Shown here: positions 48,587-62,507 of the stretch, one piece after another
Position numbering within the stretch: the stretch's first letter is position 1
Layout of the letters: the number at the start of each line of letters is the position of its first letter
NCBI GenBank assembly: GCA_022813865.1
Contig: JALDZX010000045.1
Coordinates: 1-64,000 of the forward strand
Length of the DNA stretch: 64,000 bases
Reading direction: 5' to 3'
Source: Xylographa opegraphella
Taxonomy: Eukaryota
Position numbers and translations under genes: made by a program
The notes under the pieces: generated by a model
Seen by the model: the letters and a program-made list of their open reading frames with translations, nothing else
What the model was told of the DNA's origin: nothing
Database searches by the model: none

Positions 48587-50513
48587 CTAGCGATCCACCA
48601 CTCGACTGAGGCCTCGGAGAACCTCCCTCACACCGATGTCCTCGCCACTTCTTTCCGCTCTCTTCTTCTCTCTTTCCTCAAGCACTTGCGCGCTGGTCTG
48701 GAGTGCTCGTTCTGCCATTCGATCTGCTTCCTCCCGGTACTGACCAAGTACATGTACGTTTTCTGCAAAGGTGTCGACTTTGAACTCCAGATCACGTGAG
48801 AGATCTTGTAGACGGGCTTTTGTGCTATCAGCCAAAAGCGGAGCATCGAGTGCGTGATAGCTGCGTAACGCCTCTAGTGCAGCTGCTTGAGTGGGTGAAG
48901 AGAGCAGTTCGGCAGAGATAGTTGAGATCGGAGGAAGAGAGTCTGATGTGAAAGAATCGAGAAGTGGAGATGTTGTAGGTGCCAAGAGTGTTTCCCAGGT
49001 CTTCCGTTCCGATTGAAGCCTGCAAAGAACTGTATTAGCTATGGTAGCTCTAGGGATATTTTGGAGAAGCGTTTCCCGTACCGTTCAATCTGCTGTTCCA
49101 ATTCCTGTATTTTGGCTAGATTGGCGAGATTTTTCGGATTAGGTTTAGGAGGCTGCGGATTAGGTGCTGTATCCTACGTATTCTGTCAGCTTCGATTTTC
49201 TTCGTCCATCTCCACTGTATGCATACCCTATCGAACCAATCAGACATTTCCGACCTTGTTGAGAAATCCTTGAGGAGTTGTTGCTGGATTTCTCGGGCTA
49301 CCATGCCTTAGTATATTTCCAGAGAACGAAACTATACAAGTATTATTCACCTGCTAATTTCGCGTGACTGTCCTCGGCCGCGAAGGAGGGTTTCTCTCCC
49401 AGCGCTCTTGTGCCACACCAAGTCAGGAGTTGTCTCATTCTGCGCGGCTCCGGCAGCCCGCTTTCAACGTGCTTATAGAACTCGGAGCTTTCGACTTCAC
49501 TGTGTGGTAAAGCTTTGCATCGTCAGTTTCTCCATTAAGATGTCCACTATGGAATCCTACCATTCGATTTACCACCATCTATAAGTGAGCTGGCCCTTCG
49601 GCCCCGCATGCCTAAGCTACTCCTGCGATTGCCATCTCCTGCTCCTTTCCGCATCTCCTTGTTTCGTCGAATAATTGGTGTATCCGCAAAAGGTAGTGCA
49701 ATCTTGGTGACGTCTTTTGATCGATCCGGGTGCCGAAGTGGAGGCTCTGACGAGCCTACAGTATCCAATTTATCTGAGTGAGAGTTCTCAACAGGCGCAG
49801 TTCTAGTATCGGCCTCGTCGTGGATCTTCGGTTTCTCGACTTCACGTTGCTTGGGCCTTTTCTTCTTTACCTCCAAAGGGGGAGGTTCAATGGTATTGCT
49901 GTCTCCGCTGTTCCTCGGGCTTCTGCGTCTCTTGACTTCATTCGGTACCTCCGCCACAAGTGCAGTATTGCTGGCCTCTACAGATTTCTTACGCGACCGC
50001 TTCGAAACAGCTGGTCGTTGAGCGTCTTCCCGAACTTCCTCCAGCACTGGCTCTGGCAGCTGTACCGCTGGTGTAGCTTTCGACCGTTTTGATCGTGTGC
50101 GCGTAAATAGAAAGCCGTCATCTTCTTCATCATAATCTAGGAGCCATCATTAGCCTCATGTCCCGCAATCCCTCAGCATTTAATGCTAAAGTCCTCAGAG
50201 CAGCAAAATCTCCTCATTCTCTTCACGTCCTCGCTCTCCTGGCACAGTTATACACACCGGGTTTCCTCTTGCCCCTCACACTGGACGGTCCAGTCTCTTT
50301 ACCGTTGACTTCCAATTTTGCTTGTTTCGCGCTTGTACCACTTGGTCTTCCAGCCTTTGCTTTCTCCACCACGTGCTGGAGTCCGTTTGTCACGGTAGTG
50401 TCCTCCTTGTCCGCCAACCTTGCGCTCGTCCTCCGTGTGCTCCGCCGCGAGTCGCTCATCATGTGCGTGTTCGTAAGCAGTTGCAGCGGAGAGCGCGTTA
50501 TATAGGTCGTCAT
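48587..50513 (-). CDS. DSN1: Kinetochore Mis12-complex subunit Dsn1/Mis13, multi-exon
   Basis: YDEEDDGFLFTR; IALPFADTPII.RNKEMRK; RRSSLGMRGRRASSLID; LPH.EV...EFYKH; PEPRRMRQLLTWCG.RAL; LEFKVD. Confidence 0.9.
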
Positions 50514-50945
50514 TGATGCTGACAGAATCCGTATCGTTTCATTCGAATGGTTCAGGCTGTTTGGCGCGTGTCGTAACTGATAGACGAATAATTAAGTATA
50601 GCCAGGTTTGAGGCCAGCGCACAACTTTAAACTGGCTCTAATCGATACTGCGATCAAAGAGCGACTTCCAGACAGCGACGGTGACCTATTACAGTGTTGC
50701 TGGCAATTCAAGCCTTCAGTATGGGGTTGAGGGGAACAGGAGGGTTTGGTCGCCAATGTTTTGGTCTTGGCGCGATCGTGCATGGCGCTAGCCACGTTGG
50801 GACAAATCGAAAACATACAGGATTTCTCACCAAATTCCTCGCTCCGTGGGCTACAAACTACAGAATGCTGAAATAGTTGGTTTGTGCTCGCTATTGGCGG
50901 CCTATCTGCATGCCCCAATTACCCATAATGAGCTGATACATCACT

Positions 50946-53900
50946 TTAGCAGGCTGCTTGAGCTTGTAAACTCGGCTCCGATGCTTGAGGTGCGAGGCTG
51001 CCTTCAATCCTTCGCTTGGCCTCTTGTCGCTCTTCGTTGGTAACGTTCTCATCTTTCTTGCGCATATCAGGCGTAAATTGCGGCTGGTCTGGATGGTGCC
51101 CAATAGACATGCCGACTCTCAGCTTCCAGGATGTCAGCACATATTGGCACCTCAGACTCAAGGACAACTCTTACCAGCGTCTCGACTGCTGCCTTCGAGT
51201 TTTCCGTTAGATCATCATCGAACTTCATAGCCCCCGACTCGAAAAGTAATAGAATGGTACTACCACCGAATTTAAAATATCCCAGCTCCTCCGCCCTGCG
51301 GACTCTTTCGCCGGCTTTACGCGTTATGACAGTACTACCAACCATCATAGCACCAACACAGATAATCATCACTCGTCCATGGGCTACCGAATCGATCGGT
51401 ACCACGACACGGATATTTTCACCATAAACATCCAAAGCGGATCGTACAGCCATCGGGTTAACCGTGTAATATTCTCCTTGGATAAGCTTTGGTTCATCCA
51501 TGATGCCGTCAACTGGTATGTGAAACCGATGATAGTCTTGCGGCGCGAGACGGAACACTCCCAGAGCTCCGTTCACATACCGCTTCGCATCATTCGGGTA
51601 GGTATTTCCAATCAGGCGTTCCACGGAGAATTCCCGCCCTTTGACCCATACCTTCGTAGCCTCATCGAGCCGATTGAAGACAACTGATCTACAATCTGAA
51701 GGGGAAACAATGATCCTCGAATTATCAGAGGCAGAGCATGGCCTGGCGCCCGGCTTCAGTTGCCGATAGAAGAACTCGTTGAAGTTTTTGAAGTCTTCTA
51801 CTGGCAAAAGCACTTCAGACATGTCCAATTGATGGAAATTTACGAAGGACTTGATGTCTCTCGTAGAGGCTGGGTCATCGTACTTTTTGCCCTGTTTGAC
51901 ACTGAGCGATCTCAAAAGTTTCCGGACTTCTCAAAGTCAGTAGCTACTCAGAGGATTTGGAAAACACGCACTTCTCTTCTTCTCCATCTCTCTACTCTTC
52001 AGACCTTTGTATAGGAGTCGAATGCCCAATCTTACGTAGACACTCATCCTTTCTTCATTAATCTGTCCGGTGATTCTATCTTGAACTAAAATGTTGGCAG
52101 AATTCGCTCCAAGTTTGTACCCGCCGTACGAGATCTTGGTGATGACTTTTGAATACCACTTTCGCTGGGCTTGACTGGATGTGACAAACCCTGCCATCAC
52201 TATATTGTTGACCTTTCTCCAATCCTGGCTTGCGCAAGTGGCTATGTGAGTAATGATATCGGCGTCAGATCTCTTATTCAAGCGTGGCTGGTGACAGAGC
52301 GGACATTCTCGTATTTCAATCACATGTTCTTCGCCTCGCTCATCGGCAAGGTCATCTTTCTCCAGAATATCACCGTTCTCCCCTTTAGCGGCAAGAACAC
52401 GTTGCGATGTCGTCGACACAGCGCTCGTGTCGTTTTGAAAGTTGAGTGGTGTATTAGTGCCGTCAGTGCTCGCGGGAGTATCGGTTTCGTCATCACGTTT
52501 CTCGCTCTGTCCGAACATCGAACTTTCTGCACTTGCCATGTAGTCTTTGACCGTATCACCCCACGACTCTTTATGGCTTGAGCGCTCGAGCTGATCTTCT
52601 AGGCAAATGACAGCCTGATCGAAAGTCAAATCCTCGAGGGCTCCATTCTCTTCGGAGAACCTTCGAAACCAAGAATCAATAGTGGCATCTTTCAGTGTGG
52701 ACCCTAGTGTGTCAAGCATAGTTGTTAATTCAACTTTACTGAGCCTGGCACTCTCATCTGCGTCATATTGCTTGAGCATTGCCCTCCAAAATTGTTGCCG
52801 AAGAGCTGGATAGGGAAGGTACTTTGCTTTGATGTACAGCTGGGGCTGATATTTGTCCTTCCATTTGTCCTTGTTCTTCAGAATGATTGACAAAGTGTAG
52901 GATCTCAAATCCGGGTCATCCGGATGTTGGCATGCTTCATCGCCAGTCTCAGAGCCGTTGTGCGAGGCAACAGTGGTAAGCGAATTAGGATCATTTGGAA
53001 CGCTAGTTGGAGGAGCAGGCTGTTCCAAGTAAGAGCCCGAAAGCTGGGAACTTCTGGCAGGTAGTCCAGGTCGGGACTGCTTGTTCAGACTTGTGGATGA
53101 TGACGAACGGGACATCGGCAATCGAAATCGTGATTTGGTCGGCTGCAGAGGAGCGCTCGAATCTGGTGGCTCTCTAAGAGCGTACAACCCAGTCTCTGGA
53201 TCGGCTTCAGGCGCGCTGGATGTGATTGTTGAGAGCGGAAACGTTGCTGTTCCAACAAAGTCGTTTCCAGACAATTTGTCTCTATCGACAACTGTAAAAC
53301 TCAGCGAGTAAGATTGCTCGTGACGCATGACCTGAAATACCATTTTTTCATCGTAGGTTGGGTTGAGATTATGACGCTTCACTCGAGTGCGATGTGTTTT
53401 GCGTCCTAGAGATGCGACAACGAACGGGTCCATATCGAACGATGTCCTTGTAACTAAATAGAAATGTTATTGGAACAGCATTGCGGGTAGTAGACGAGAA
53501 CGTACCATTACGCTCTGGTGGCAAATCAGTAATTTTGACAATCTCCAGAAACGCTATCCCGGTCACATCGCCGGTCCCCGTGAATTCGTAAGCCCTTGCC
53601 TTTGATTTCCTCCTCAGTCTGGCTAGCCTTAGCCGCTTTTTACGTTTCTCAACCACTTCGAGTTTTGTAGTGTCGCATGTCTCGTCAGAAGTATCGTCGT
53701 CTTCATCCTCATCATCCTCATCGCGAGTTTCAATCTTGGCAAATGCAGCTTCATCGTATCCTTCTTCATCGTCCTCAGGACTACTGGCGATCAGTCTCAT
53801 AAACCTTAGCAATATGTCTTTCGGGGTCGCAGAATGATTGAAAGGGTCAAGGATTGTAAACTGTAGTTGTATCTCTCCAGATATATAAGACCCCTTTTTT

Positions 53901-54515
53901 TTATCCCCTTTTCGTTTCGACTTTAAGGTGTACCAGCACGGCTTAACCTGTGCTCAGTATCATGAGAAGTAGAGCTGAAGCAGAAGCCTTACCTCTTGCG
54001 TCGTCTGCCCGTTAACAAATATTTCCTCTAATGCCACGTCAAATTCTCCTAGATAATCTTTTCCAAAGCGGTCTTTATCCCAGCAAGTGGCCTCCAGGAG
54101 CAGACATTGCGCACCAACTATTGGTAGATCGAACGTCACGTTCCACTCGGGATTCAAAGTCTTGCTGACTGTTGGAGTCGATTGCTTCGTATCGCCGAGA
54201 CTCACTACCAAATACTACACTTGTCAGTATAAAACTCAACATCACAAGGAATTTGGAACGATTTACAGGATCGCTAGTACCACTCTTATCCTTGGCAGCC
54301 AAATTCCGGCCCTAGAAAGTGGACATTCAGCAGGTATATATAGAACCACGGAGTCCTCAGCTGCGGATTACCTTCAGTACAGTGGTCCTTAGAACCAAAG
54401 ACTGACCGGCCTGCCTCATAGGACTGGCACTACGGCTCCCGGGCTGACTGACACCATTTGCTCCATTGGCACAGTAAGAGCTCTTCAGACGATTGGGCAG
54501 GCCAATGCGAACCAT
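50946..54515 (-). CDS. PSD2: Phosphatidylserine decarboxylase 2 (two C2 domains, EF-hand, PSD), multi-exon
   Basis: C2 motifs KTLNPEWN and CWDKDRFGKDYLGEF; FNEFFYR.LKP.ARP; FRLAPQDYHRFH; YFKFGGST cleavage motif. Confidence 0.96.
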
Positions 54516-55028
54516 GTCTAGTAGTCAAAATCCAACCAAGGTGAATGTTTGAAGAGGCAATGAGAGGCTGGCCAAAACTATAGAAAGTCAAGTATGTAAT
54601 GGGATGTAGAAATGAATATAACAAGTTACAAGAGGGGTAAAGTCACACAGAACGGAACAAAGTCACGCAGCAGCTCTTCTGGAATATGGCGTTCCGCCAT
54701 TCGATGCCAAAGTATCGGTAAGCACCACAGTCACGAATCAGTATGAAGATAACTTGAAGCTCTCTCCAAATACGGACGGCGATGTTGAGGAGTAATGTGT
54801 TAGTTATCGCCCGGCAAAGGATTCGTATGGGGACAGCTAGCCTATGATGCTATGTCGTTGGAGGATCTACTACGGGTGTACGGGTGAGGGGCTCTGGACT
54901 GTCCTGACCCCTGTACGACGACGCGTTGGAGCTAAAGTGCCACAATCTATCCCATTCAACAACGTTTGTGTATCTCCCCTCTATCAGCTGTCAGGAAGTA
55001 GACCATTGTGTTTGAAATTGAGTTCATT

Positions 55029-56119
55029 ATGGATCCGTTGTACGCAGAAGGAGGTATGTAGCCGCGCACCAATCGTAAATTTACATACTGACAAGCCCTT
55101 TTTCACAGAGCTGTTGACAATCCATAATGATTTCCACCAGGGCCAATACCAAAAAGTCATTGACTTCGACACGAGCTCACTTTCTGCGGAAAATGCCTTG
55201 CCGGCACGTGTCTTGCGGTTGAGGGCGCAAATAGCCAGCGGACAAGCAGAGGCAGTCCTTGCAGATATTGAAGGGGAAGACGAGGTTCCTGACCTGGCAG
55301 CTGTGAAAGCTCTGGCACAGTACAGCATTGGCAGCACAACCGAAGCTATCAAAGAGGCGGAGTACTTGGCTACGACGTCCTCGGAGAATATGATGGTTCA
55401 AATTCTGGGAGGAACTGTACTACAAGCTGCAGGCAAAGGCGAGGAGGCTTTGGTATTATTGACAAAGCACTCAGGAAGTCTGGAAGCGTGCGTAGCCTTA
55501 AAGATGGTCTTTGCAACCACAAGGGAGACACTGACATAGCTTCTTATTCAAGGGTGGCTCTTATTGTGCAGATCCACCTTCAACAGAACCGGACCGATCT
55601 GGCCCTGAAGGAGGTGCAGGCAGCTCGCAAATGGGCGCAAGACAGCTTGCTTGTCAACATCGCTGAGTCATGGGTTGGCTTAAGATTGGTTAGTCAGGTT
55701 ATCAACTCACATAAACTGCAATATTTCTCACGAATTATGCCACAGGGAGGCGAGAAGTACCAACAAGCATTTTACGAATTTGAAGAAATGCCAGTCTGTC
55801 AAGCAGTTGCAGAAATTCATCTCGGCAGGATTCCAGAGGCCGAGGCCGCTTTACAGCAAGCTATACAGCGAAAGGCGGATGACGTTGAAGCAATCTCAAA
55901 TTCCATCGTTTTGAACGTGCTCCACGGTAAAGACACGACCGAGCTTATTGAGTAAGTCGCATCACACTTTGTGCACTAGTTGCAAGGATCAATATTGATG
56001 AGACACAAAGATCACTCCGGACCAAGGCTCCGCGGCATCATTTTTTGGTTGATCTCGAGGAGAAGAGTGCCATGTTTGATCAGGCTGCAATGAAATACTC
56101 GGCAAGGGTGGCAGCTTGA
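55029..56119 (+). CDS. SEC28: Coatomer epsilon subunit (Sec28/COPE), four introns
   Basis: MDPLYAEG|ELLTIHNDFHQGQY; VALIVQIHLQQNRTDLALKEV.AARKWAQDSLLVN.AESW; DLEEKSAMFDQAA.KY. Confidence 0.92.
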
Positions 56120-57026
56120 AGGCTGAGAGTTCGGTGCCGTAACATTCGAAACCTCTCCGCAAACCATTCCGTGTCTTCGAGTCGCACCTCCGCATCGCCG
56201 CATATGTATCTTGAGCAGCAATACGATCATCCTTTGTCATTGACAGGGATTCGAGAGCGGGTGACGATGTTTTCCTACAGCATAGGAACCGCTTCTGCGT
56301 AAGCTGTCCTGCTACGCACGAGATGACATTGAAAGGATACCACGAGGCAGCGGATACGCCATGCAGGCTGAGAACAGCTTATCTGCTCGTTAGTGAGAAA
56401 TAGTCAATAAAGCACTCGAATGGTGTGGTTGGCGGATTGTTACGACGCGTTGCTACGAGATTGTTGACAGCTCGCTCCATCATTCAATTGAAGACGAGAA
56501 AGTTGCATTATTGTTTCCTCTCCTTGGATAGTTCGTAGACCAGGTCATCTTGACATGTGAATGGGATGAATCCGCTCGTCGATTTGCCCCCCGGTGAGCG
56601 GGACCGGGACCGGTGGGCCCAGTCGCCTCAGTAGTTAGGGTTTGGCGGCCGCTTGACGGCTTCGTCTTCCAATCAAGCCACCTACACAGTCCGTGATCCA
56701 GCCACCAAGATTTCAAAGTCGCATCAAAAGCATTCAAAGCCCGCGACAGTCAAGGGTTGAGGTCGATCAGCTTGCCTGGATCCACCTTAGTTGCTCCACA
56801 GGCCCACGTTCTCGATCCCGCTGGACACATATCGTCAACAGTCACCAACAGGTACTGCCCGACTCACCAATCCTTCCCTTCTGGTCCCCAAGCTTCACTC
56901 CATTTTCACTACACCTCTCCTGCCCCTTCTTCGAGATCATCGGTTGAAGTCCTGCAATAAGATTGCCAAACAATCTCATCATTTCGTTATCTTCCTGCTC
57001 ATATCGTGCAAAGACGCTACCTCACC

Positions 57027-58190
57027 ATGGCGCCCTCCGCTGTTATTCCGCAACCGCTAGACTTTTCAAAGGCTGATCTTAAAGTACCAAAGTCCACTTT
57101 CAACGACAACGCTTCTCCGAATTCTATCGGTACCAAGAGGAAGATCATTTGCTTCTCAGGTACGCGATTTCTCGCCGGTGAATCGTCGCATCCGTCTTAC
57201 CTCGTCGATCTCTTTATCACGAACTGACTGAAGAACTGACTTCATGTCGAACGTGCTGATGTATTTAGATAGACTTCGATGGCACTATCTTCATGCAGGA
57301 CACCGGACATGTCCTCTTTGATAGCCATGGCTGTGGTCCCGAGCGCAGAGAGGTACTCGATCAGCAGATTAAGACCGGCGAGCGGTCGTTCAAAGAAGTC
57401 TCTGAAGAGATGTGGGGTAGTCTAAATGTGTGTTCCTGACCAACCAAATTCCTTGTAGCATTGTACTAACATTCGATAGGTCCCCTTCGATGATGGTTTC
57501 GAGGTCATGAAGACTGCTCTCGAGATCGACGTTGACTTTCAGAAGTTCCATCGCTTTTGCATCGACAACAGTATCCCATTCAATGTCATCTCTGCTGGAT
57601 TGAAGCCCATTTTGCGTCGCGTACTCGATCAGTTTCTCGGTGAAGAGGATTCTGCCCACATTGAGATTGTTGCCAATGATGCTCAAATTAACACACCCGG
57701 CACAGAGTGGAAGCCTGTCTGGATACACGACTGTGATCTTGGACATGATAAAGCTCTCTCCATTCAACAAGCCCGCGCTGCTGCTAAATTGGAGTGTGAT
57801 GATGGTACCATCCCTCTGATTGTGTTCATTGGTGATGGCGTCTCGGACTTGCCAGCTGCCCGCCAGGCGGATATATTGTTCGCTCGCCGTGGCCTGAGGC
57901 TCGAGGAATACTGCATCGAAAACAAAATCGCATACATTCCATTCGATACGTTTGCCGACATCCAGAAGGAGGTAGAGGCCATTATGCGTGACGATCAGCA
58001 AAAAACAGGTGGTCTGGGTTTGCCTGCGAGAAGCAACCCGCGAGCCAACATCTGGCGCCGCATCTCCAGTCGCAATGCCATTCCGCTCTACCTGGCTGCC
58101 ACACCAGCACGAGAGGAGAAGATGTTCTTATGGCCTGAGGCTTTCTCAGAATATCAACCCAAAGAGCAAGGTATCCCGCTTACGGCATAA
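57027..58190 (+). CDS. HAD-superfamily (IB, MtnX/Pyp1-like) phosphatase; two introns
   Basis: KIICFS|DFDGTIFMQDTG; VISAGLKP; GHDKA; FIGDGVSDLPAARQAD.LFA. Confidence 0.9.
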
Positions 58191-59921
58191 GCGCTGCTAA
58201 CATCACGACCGCCATGACCATTTGGGGGCTTTCGTTATTGTTTAGACTTGGAGTGGACTTCATGCTCATAGACTATAGACCCGCTTGCTTTGGCAGCTTT
58301 AGACGATATACGATAAGACAAGACAATAGACCCTGCGACGGCTAAACCTAACGAACTGACCCGCTGGCTTGCTGAGATTTTCCTTTGTTTTGGTCTGGAG
58401 ACTTTCCGGTTATGCAAGATGGCGTTGCAATAGATGTTCACGTGGTGCCTTCTCTAGCTAGACGAAATGTATGCCTTTTTTTTTCTGAATGATCTCTTCA
58501 AGTATTACAGATCGACAATGGCATAAGTATGCTAATTTGCATTACTGACTGGCGCTTTGCACGAAATACGCAATCCGAAATGTTTATCGAATGATAGACA
58601 CCTACCCTTTCAACCAGTATAACGTTTCGCTTGAGCTTTTCCAACCATCGAATAGCCTTTTATTGGTTGTCTAAGCCAATAATCTTTGTGACCCAGTCAA
58701 CAAGTCTATTCTCTCTTCAGCATCTAACCCATGCACCAAACTTTTGTCTTCCACACAACAGCCAACCCCCCTTTCTTTCTTCTCACAAATGCACCCTTGA
58801 TTTCTCTCTCGTCTTTGTTACACTGCATCTCACGCGCTCTTAAACATGGTTTCAGCGTTTGACATCCACGTTCAAGACCAGCACCTCGCGGATTGTGCTT
58901 TCAGCTAAATTATTGACCAAGCTCACCCGCTGATTGACCTCGAATTCTCCGTACCTGAATCACAGCCACTCACAGTTCCCTTCCCATCCGCCACCATATT
59001 CCTTATCAGCTTCTTCCGGACAGTCCTCTGCTACTACGTCGTCTTCTCGATTGGAGACTACTACATGAATAAAGGCACAGAAGGCGAAATTGATTTTCCG
59101 CTGGTCGTTTTCCTGTCCGTTCCAGTGGCCGTCGTCGTCGAATGCGTGATCAATTGGGGCCTGCAGTGGGAGCAGCTTCGTGCCGCGCAATGGGAATTTC
59201 CCGCCCCGCTGCTAGCGACGGTGTGAGCTGGGTTGTGGACGGAGACAACGGTGGACGCTGACTGTGATGTTGACGGTGGGTGGAGAGTAAGCAATGGATG
59301 GTTTGGGCGAGGGCGGCATGTGGGTGGTAAGTCTTTCTCTTATATCTTCATTGGGTTTATTGGTCTGCTATCTATGTATGTTGCTGTCTCATTCTTGGAG
59401 GTGAGAGTTCTTAAGGCGATGGAATAATTATATCGAGCTTCCCTACATCCTGTTCCAGCTATGGTGATATACTGTGAAGCGTCTTGAAGATTCTCACTTT
59501 CTACTGATGTGGTCTCGTGCCTGGTCAGATACTACATGTACTCCTATTCACTGTATCATTCGGCATTTCCATTTATGAATCTTGTTATTTCTGTATCGTT
59601 CGAGTCCGCTCAGGCTTCAGGCGGAACTCATAGCGCTTTCAGCTTCGAGCACTTCTTAGTTCTCGATCGGACGTTCCGAAACGATGCTCGCAATGCTACA
59701 TATTCTCGAGCGTCAAGCAGCACCTACGTAGTGGAACCAGTCATTAAATTAACAATATACATATCTACTAACCACACTTACCGGCCCCATCCCCCCCCCA
59801 CCCAGCAAAACGCCGGTAATCACCAATCCCAACCCCCGTTCTTTCCCCCCAAAGTCCTCCATTCCCCAAACCTCCCTAATGAACTACTCACCAAACTCCA
59901 CCCACCCACGCCCCCCACCCT

Positions 59922-60128
59922 TCAATCCTCCCACATATACCTCTCTCGCGGCCGCCACTCCGGCAGCGGACACGGCAGCGTCGGCAGCCAGCAGTAGTAG
60001 ATCATGACGAACAGCTTGGTGTAGAGCACCAGCAGGATGGGGTAGTACTTGTGGGGCGTGAGGTACATCACTATGACGGCGGCCGTGGTGGTGAAGGCTA
60101 CCATGCGGAGGTTGTCGAGGTGGGTCAT
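59922..60128 (-). CDS. Orphan 68-aa micro-protein with two hydrophobic segments
   Basis: MTHLDNLRMVAFTTTAAVIVMYLTPHKYYPILLVLYTKLFVMIYYCW..; C/G-ending codon bias against flanking DNA. Confidence 0.45.
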   Translation of the reverse strand: MTHLDNLRMVAFTTTAAVIVMYLTPHKYYPILLVLYTKLFVMIYYCWLPTLPCPLPEWRPRERYMWED

Positions 60129-60625
60129 TGCTGTGGAAGGTTGGGGGAGGGGGATAATGAAAGGAGGGGAGATAAAGGGGTTTGTGTGAAGGGGTGGGGG
60201 AGGGTCTTTGTCTTGATGGTTGGATGGGGAGAGGGGGCTTTGTCCGGGAGGGGGGGATTTTAGTTTTGTAGAAAGAAATTGGGGGGTTATGGAGAAGGGT
60301 GAAGGTATTAGCACAAAACGGGAATCGGTCGCTGTTGTGGCCCATGTATTCATAGCCAAAACGTGTTGTATCGTCAGGCAACGAGAGGGGGTTATCGATG
60401 CCTGATCCGCATGGTGAAGAAATCGAGGTATCGGGCAAAGTTGCTTGCTTGGCAGGTTGTGGATATGCCATAGTGATTTGGAGAAGGCACCGCCGCGGAG
60501 TTTTAGTTGTGAGTGATAGAGATTAAGGATATTGCATGCTGAGCGCAGGAAGTTTCTCGCTATTGCTAATACCCTACCGTTGGAGCACACTAACTAGCCT
60601 ATACCGCTCTCTAGCTCAGGCTGCA

Positions 60626-61030
60626 CTAATCAATATCATCGACACCATCCGATTCCACATCGGAGCCCTCACCCTCATCCGCACTCCCCTCCCACATTTC
60701 CATCCTATCCTCCCCTGCCTTCAACGCCCGCTCCTCCTCCTCCCCCGCACTCTCTTCCACCAGCTCCCTCCACCGCTCCGACCTATCCAACCTCTCCTCC
60801 TCCTTCTCTTCATCCCACGCCTCCCTAGCGTGCTCCTCTTCCTCCTCCTCCCCCTCCTCCCCCTCCAGCATCCGCCCCGCGCAAGCATAAAGCCATACTA
60901 TCCCTTCCCAGCGATTGTACACGAAGCGCGACACAAAGTAGCACCACAGGCTCGGGGCCGGGACGAGGGAGAGCGGGTCGCTGAGGCGGAGGGCGAAAAT
61001 GAATGTGAAGCGGAGTATGGTGGCGGATAG
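60626..61030 (-). CDS. Possible orphan protein with aromatic/hydrophobic core and very acidic tail; start not found
   Basis: Open frame ..LWCYFVSRFVYNRWEGIVWLYACAGRMLEGEEGEEEEEE..; no ATG upstream of the core. Confidence 0.3.
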   Translation of the reverse strand, partial: LSATILRFTFIFALRLSDPLSLVPAPSLWCYFVSRFVYNRWEGIVWLYACAGRMLEGEEGEEEEEEHAREAWDEEKEEERLDRSERWRELVEESAGEEEERALKAGEDRMEMWEGSADEGEGSDVESDGVDDID

Positions 61031-61651
61031 TGTGGGAGGTGGGGGTTTTGGGTGTTGAGATTGAAGAAAGGTGGGTTTTGGGTTTGGGGGTGGGGGTTTG
61101 GAGGTGAAATTTGTGATTTCTTTGGAATGGGAAAAGTAAGGATGTGGAGAGTGAGATTTGGAGATTGGAAAGGGAGAGGGGGGGGGGGGTTGGGAAGGAG
61201 GGGAAGATGTAGGTGCTGGATGGAAGGATAGACAATGAGGAGCGGGGAATAATGCAGCTGTGGAATTGGGAGACAAGTGGGATTGGAGGAAGCGGAGTAT
61301 TGTGAGAAGAGGACAATGATGCTGTTTGAGGTTGTTAAAAGGGATAGAATTGAACGAGGCTCATGGATGTAGCTTCAAGAGGAAGAGAGTATCATTTGCT
61401 GAACAAAAAGTGCTGGAAGCAAAGATGTCTTGTGAGGCTTGTAGTGCATATTTCCGAAAAGAAGCAGCGTCACGGTCTGAAAAGATGGTCTTTGCGGAAC
61501 GCAAATACTTTACCTGTCTTATCTACCGCACGACTATCGAATGCCCAATACCTTTAGCGACCACTCACTCAACGGACACTGGCTGCGTGTTCTGCCCCCA
61601 AAGCGATTACAGATGGTCCCATCGAGCCCCCGCTGAATGTCACTTGCCTCA

Positions 61652-61864
61652 TCACGCGACCACGTATCTTAGCAGATCGTGTACATGAAGCCAATACAAA
61701 GCGTAGAGCTCCAGTAGATAGCCGATCCAGAGGTATCTCCATGGGAAGCATAGATAGACCAACGTGGTCATGGCAAGGATTGTGATACTGCCCGTGGAGA
61801 ACCACACGAGGAGGAAGAAGGGAACTGTTTTGAATATGTTGCTGTCGTACGTTGTGTCGCTCAT
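61652..61864 (-). CDS. Orphan 70-aa micro-protein with two hydrophobic segments
   Basis: aacATG context; MSDTTYDSNIFKTVPFFLLVWFSTGSITILAMTTLVYLCFPWRYLWIGYLLELYALYWLH.. Confidence 0.4.
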   Translation of the reverse strand: MSDTTYDSNIFKTVPFFLLVWFSTGSITILAMTTLVYLCFPWRYLWIGYLLELYALYWLHVHDLLRYVVA

Positions 61865-62282
61865 GTTGAAGAGGGGCGAGGTTATCCACAAGGAACAAGG
61901 AAGGGAAGTAGACGTTGGGAACAGATTTATAGCCGGAAACGTGAAAGTTTCAAAAAGACTTGAATCGTCTCTTCGTTTGGGAGAGACAATAGCGTAGGAG
62001 TTAGGGAAAGGCATTATAAGGGTACAAGGAGTTCCAAGTGAAACAATAGGCCAAACTATAGACAAAAGAACGACCAAGGAGAACAGAGCTGGATGGCATT
62101 GTGATGGTGAGATAGGGAAAATACGCGAACAAACCAGTCCGAATATACTATAGTAGCCAGCGCAGAAACCACGTTCTTCGAAACCAAGCGTCCTCACGAT
62201 CTTGCTCGACTGTCAGCCCAACATCGAATCCATCTCCACAATAGATCCTCGCAGCGAACCAGACCAGCCTACCCACCCAGAC

Positions 62283-62507
62283 ATGCCGTACTTCCCAACC
62301 TCTCTAGAACAGCTCGAAGTTTTCACGCGCCTCCAGACCATGCTTCAGCCATTTTTGGTGGACATGCATCTCCAGTACATCCCTGAGGAACATTTTATTG
62401 CCATTGCCCATACCATGTTTGCTGCATCCGCAGAGCGGTTCACAACTGAGCACCTCCTCATGGTTGTAGAGATCCTGCGGCGGGCAAGAATCCGAAGAGC
62501 TCCATAG
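62283..62507 (+). CDS. Orphan 74-aa helical protein
   Basis: gacATG; MPYFPTSLEQLEVFTRLQTMLQPFLVDMHL..ILRRARIRRAP. Confidence 0.35.
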   Translation: MPYFPTSLEQLEVFTRLQTMLQPFLVDMHLQYIPEEHFIAIAHTMFAASAERFTTEHLLMVVEILRRARIRRAP

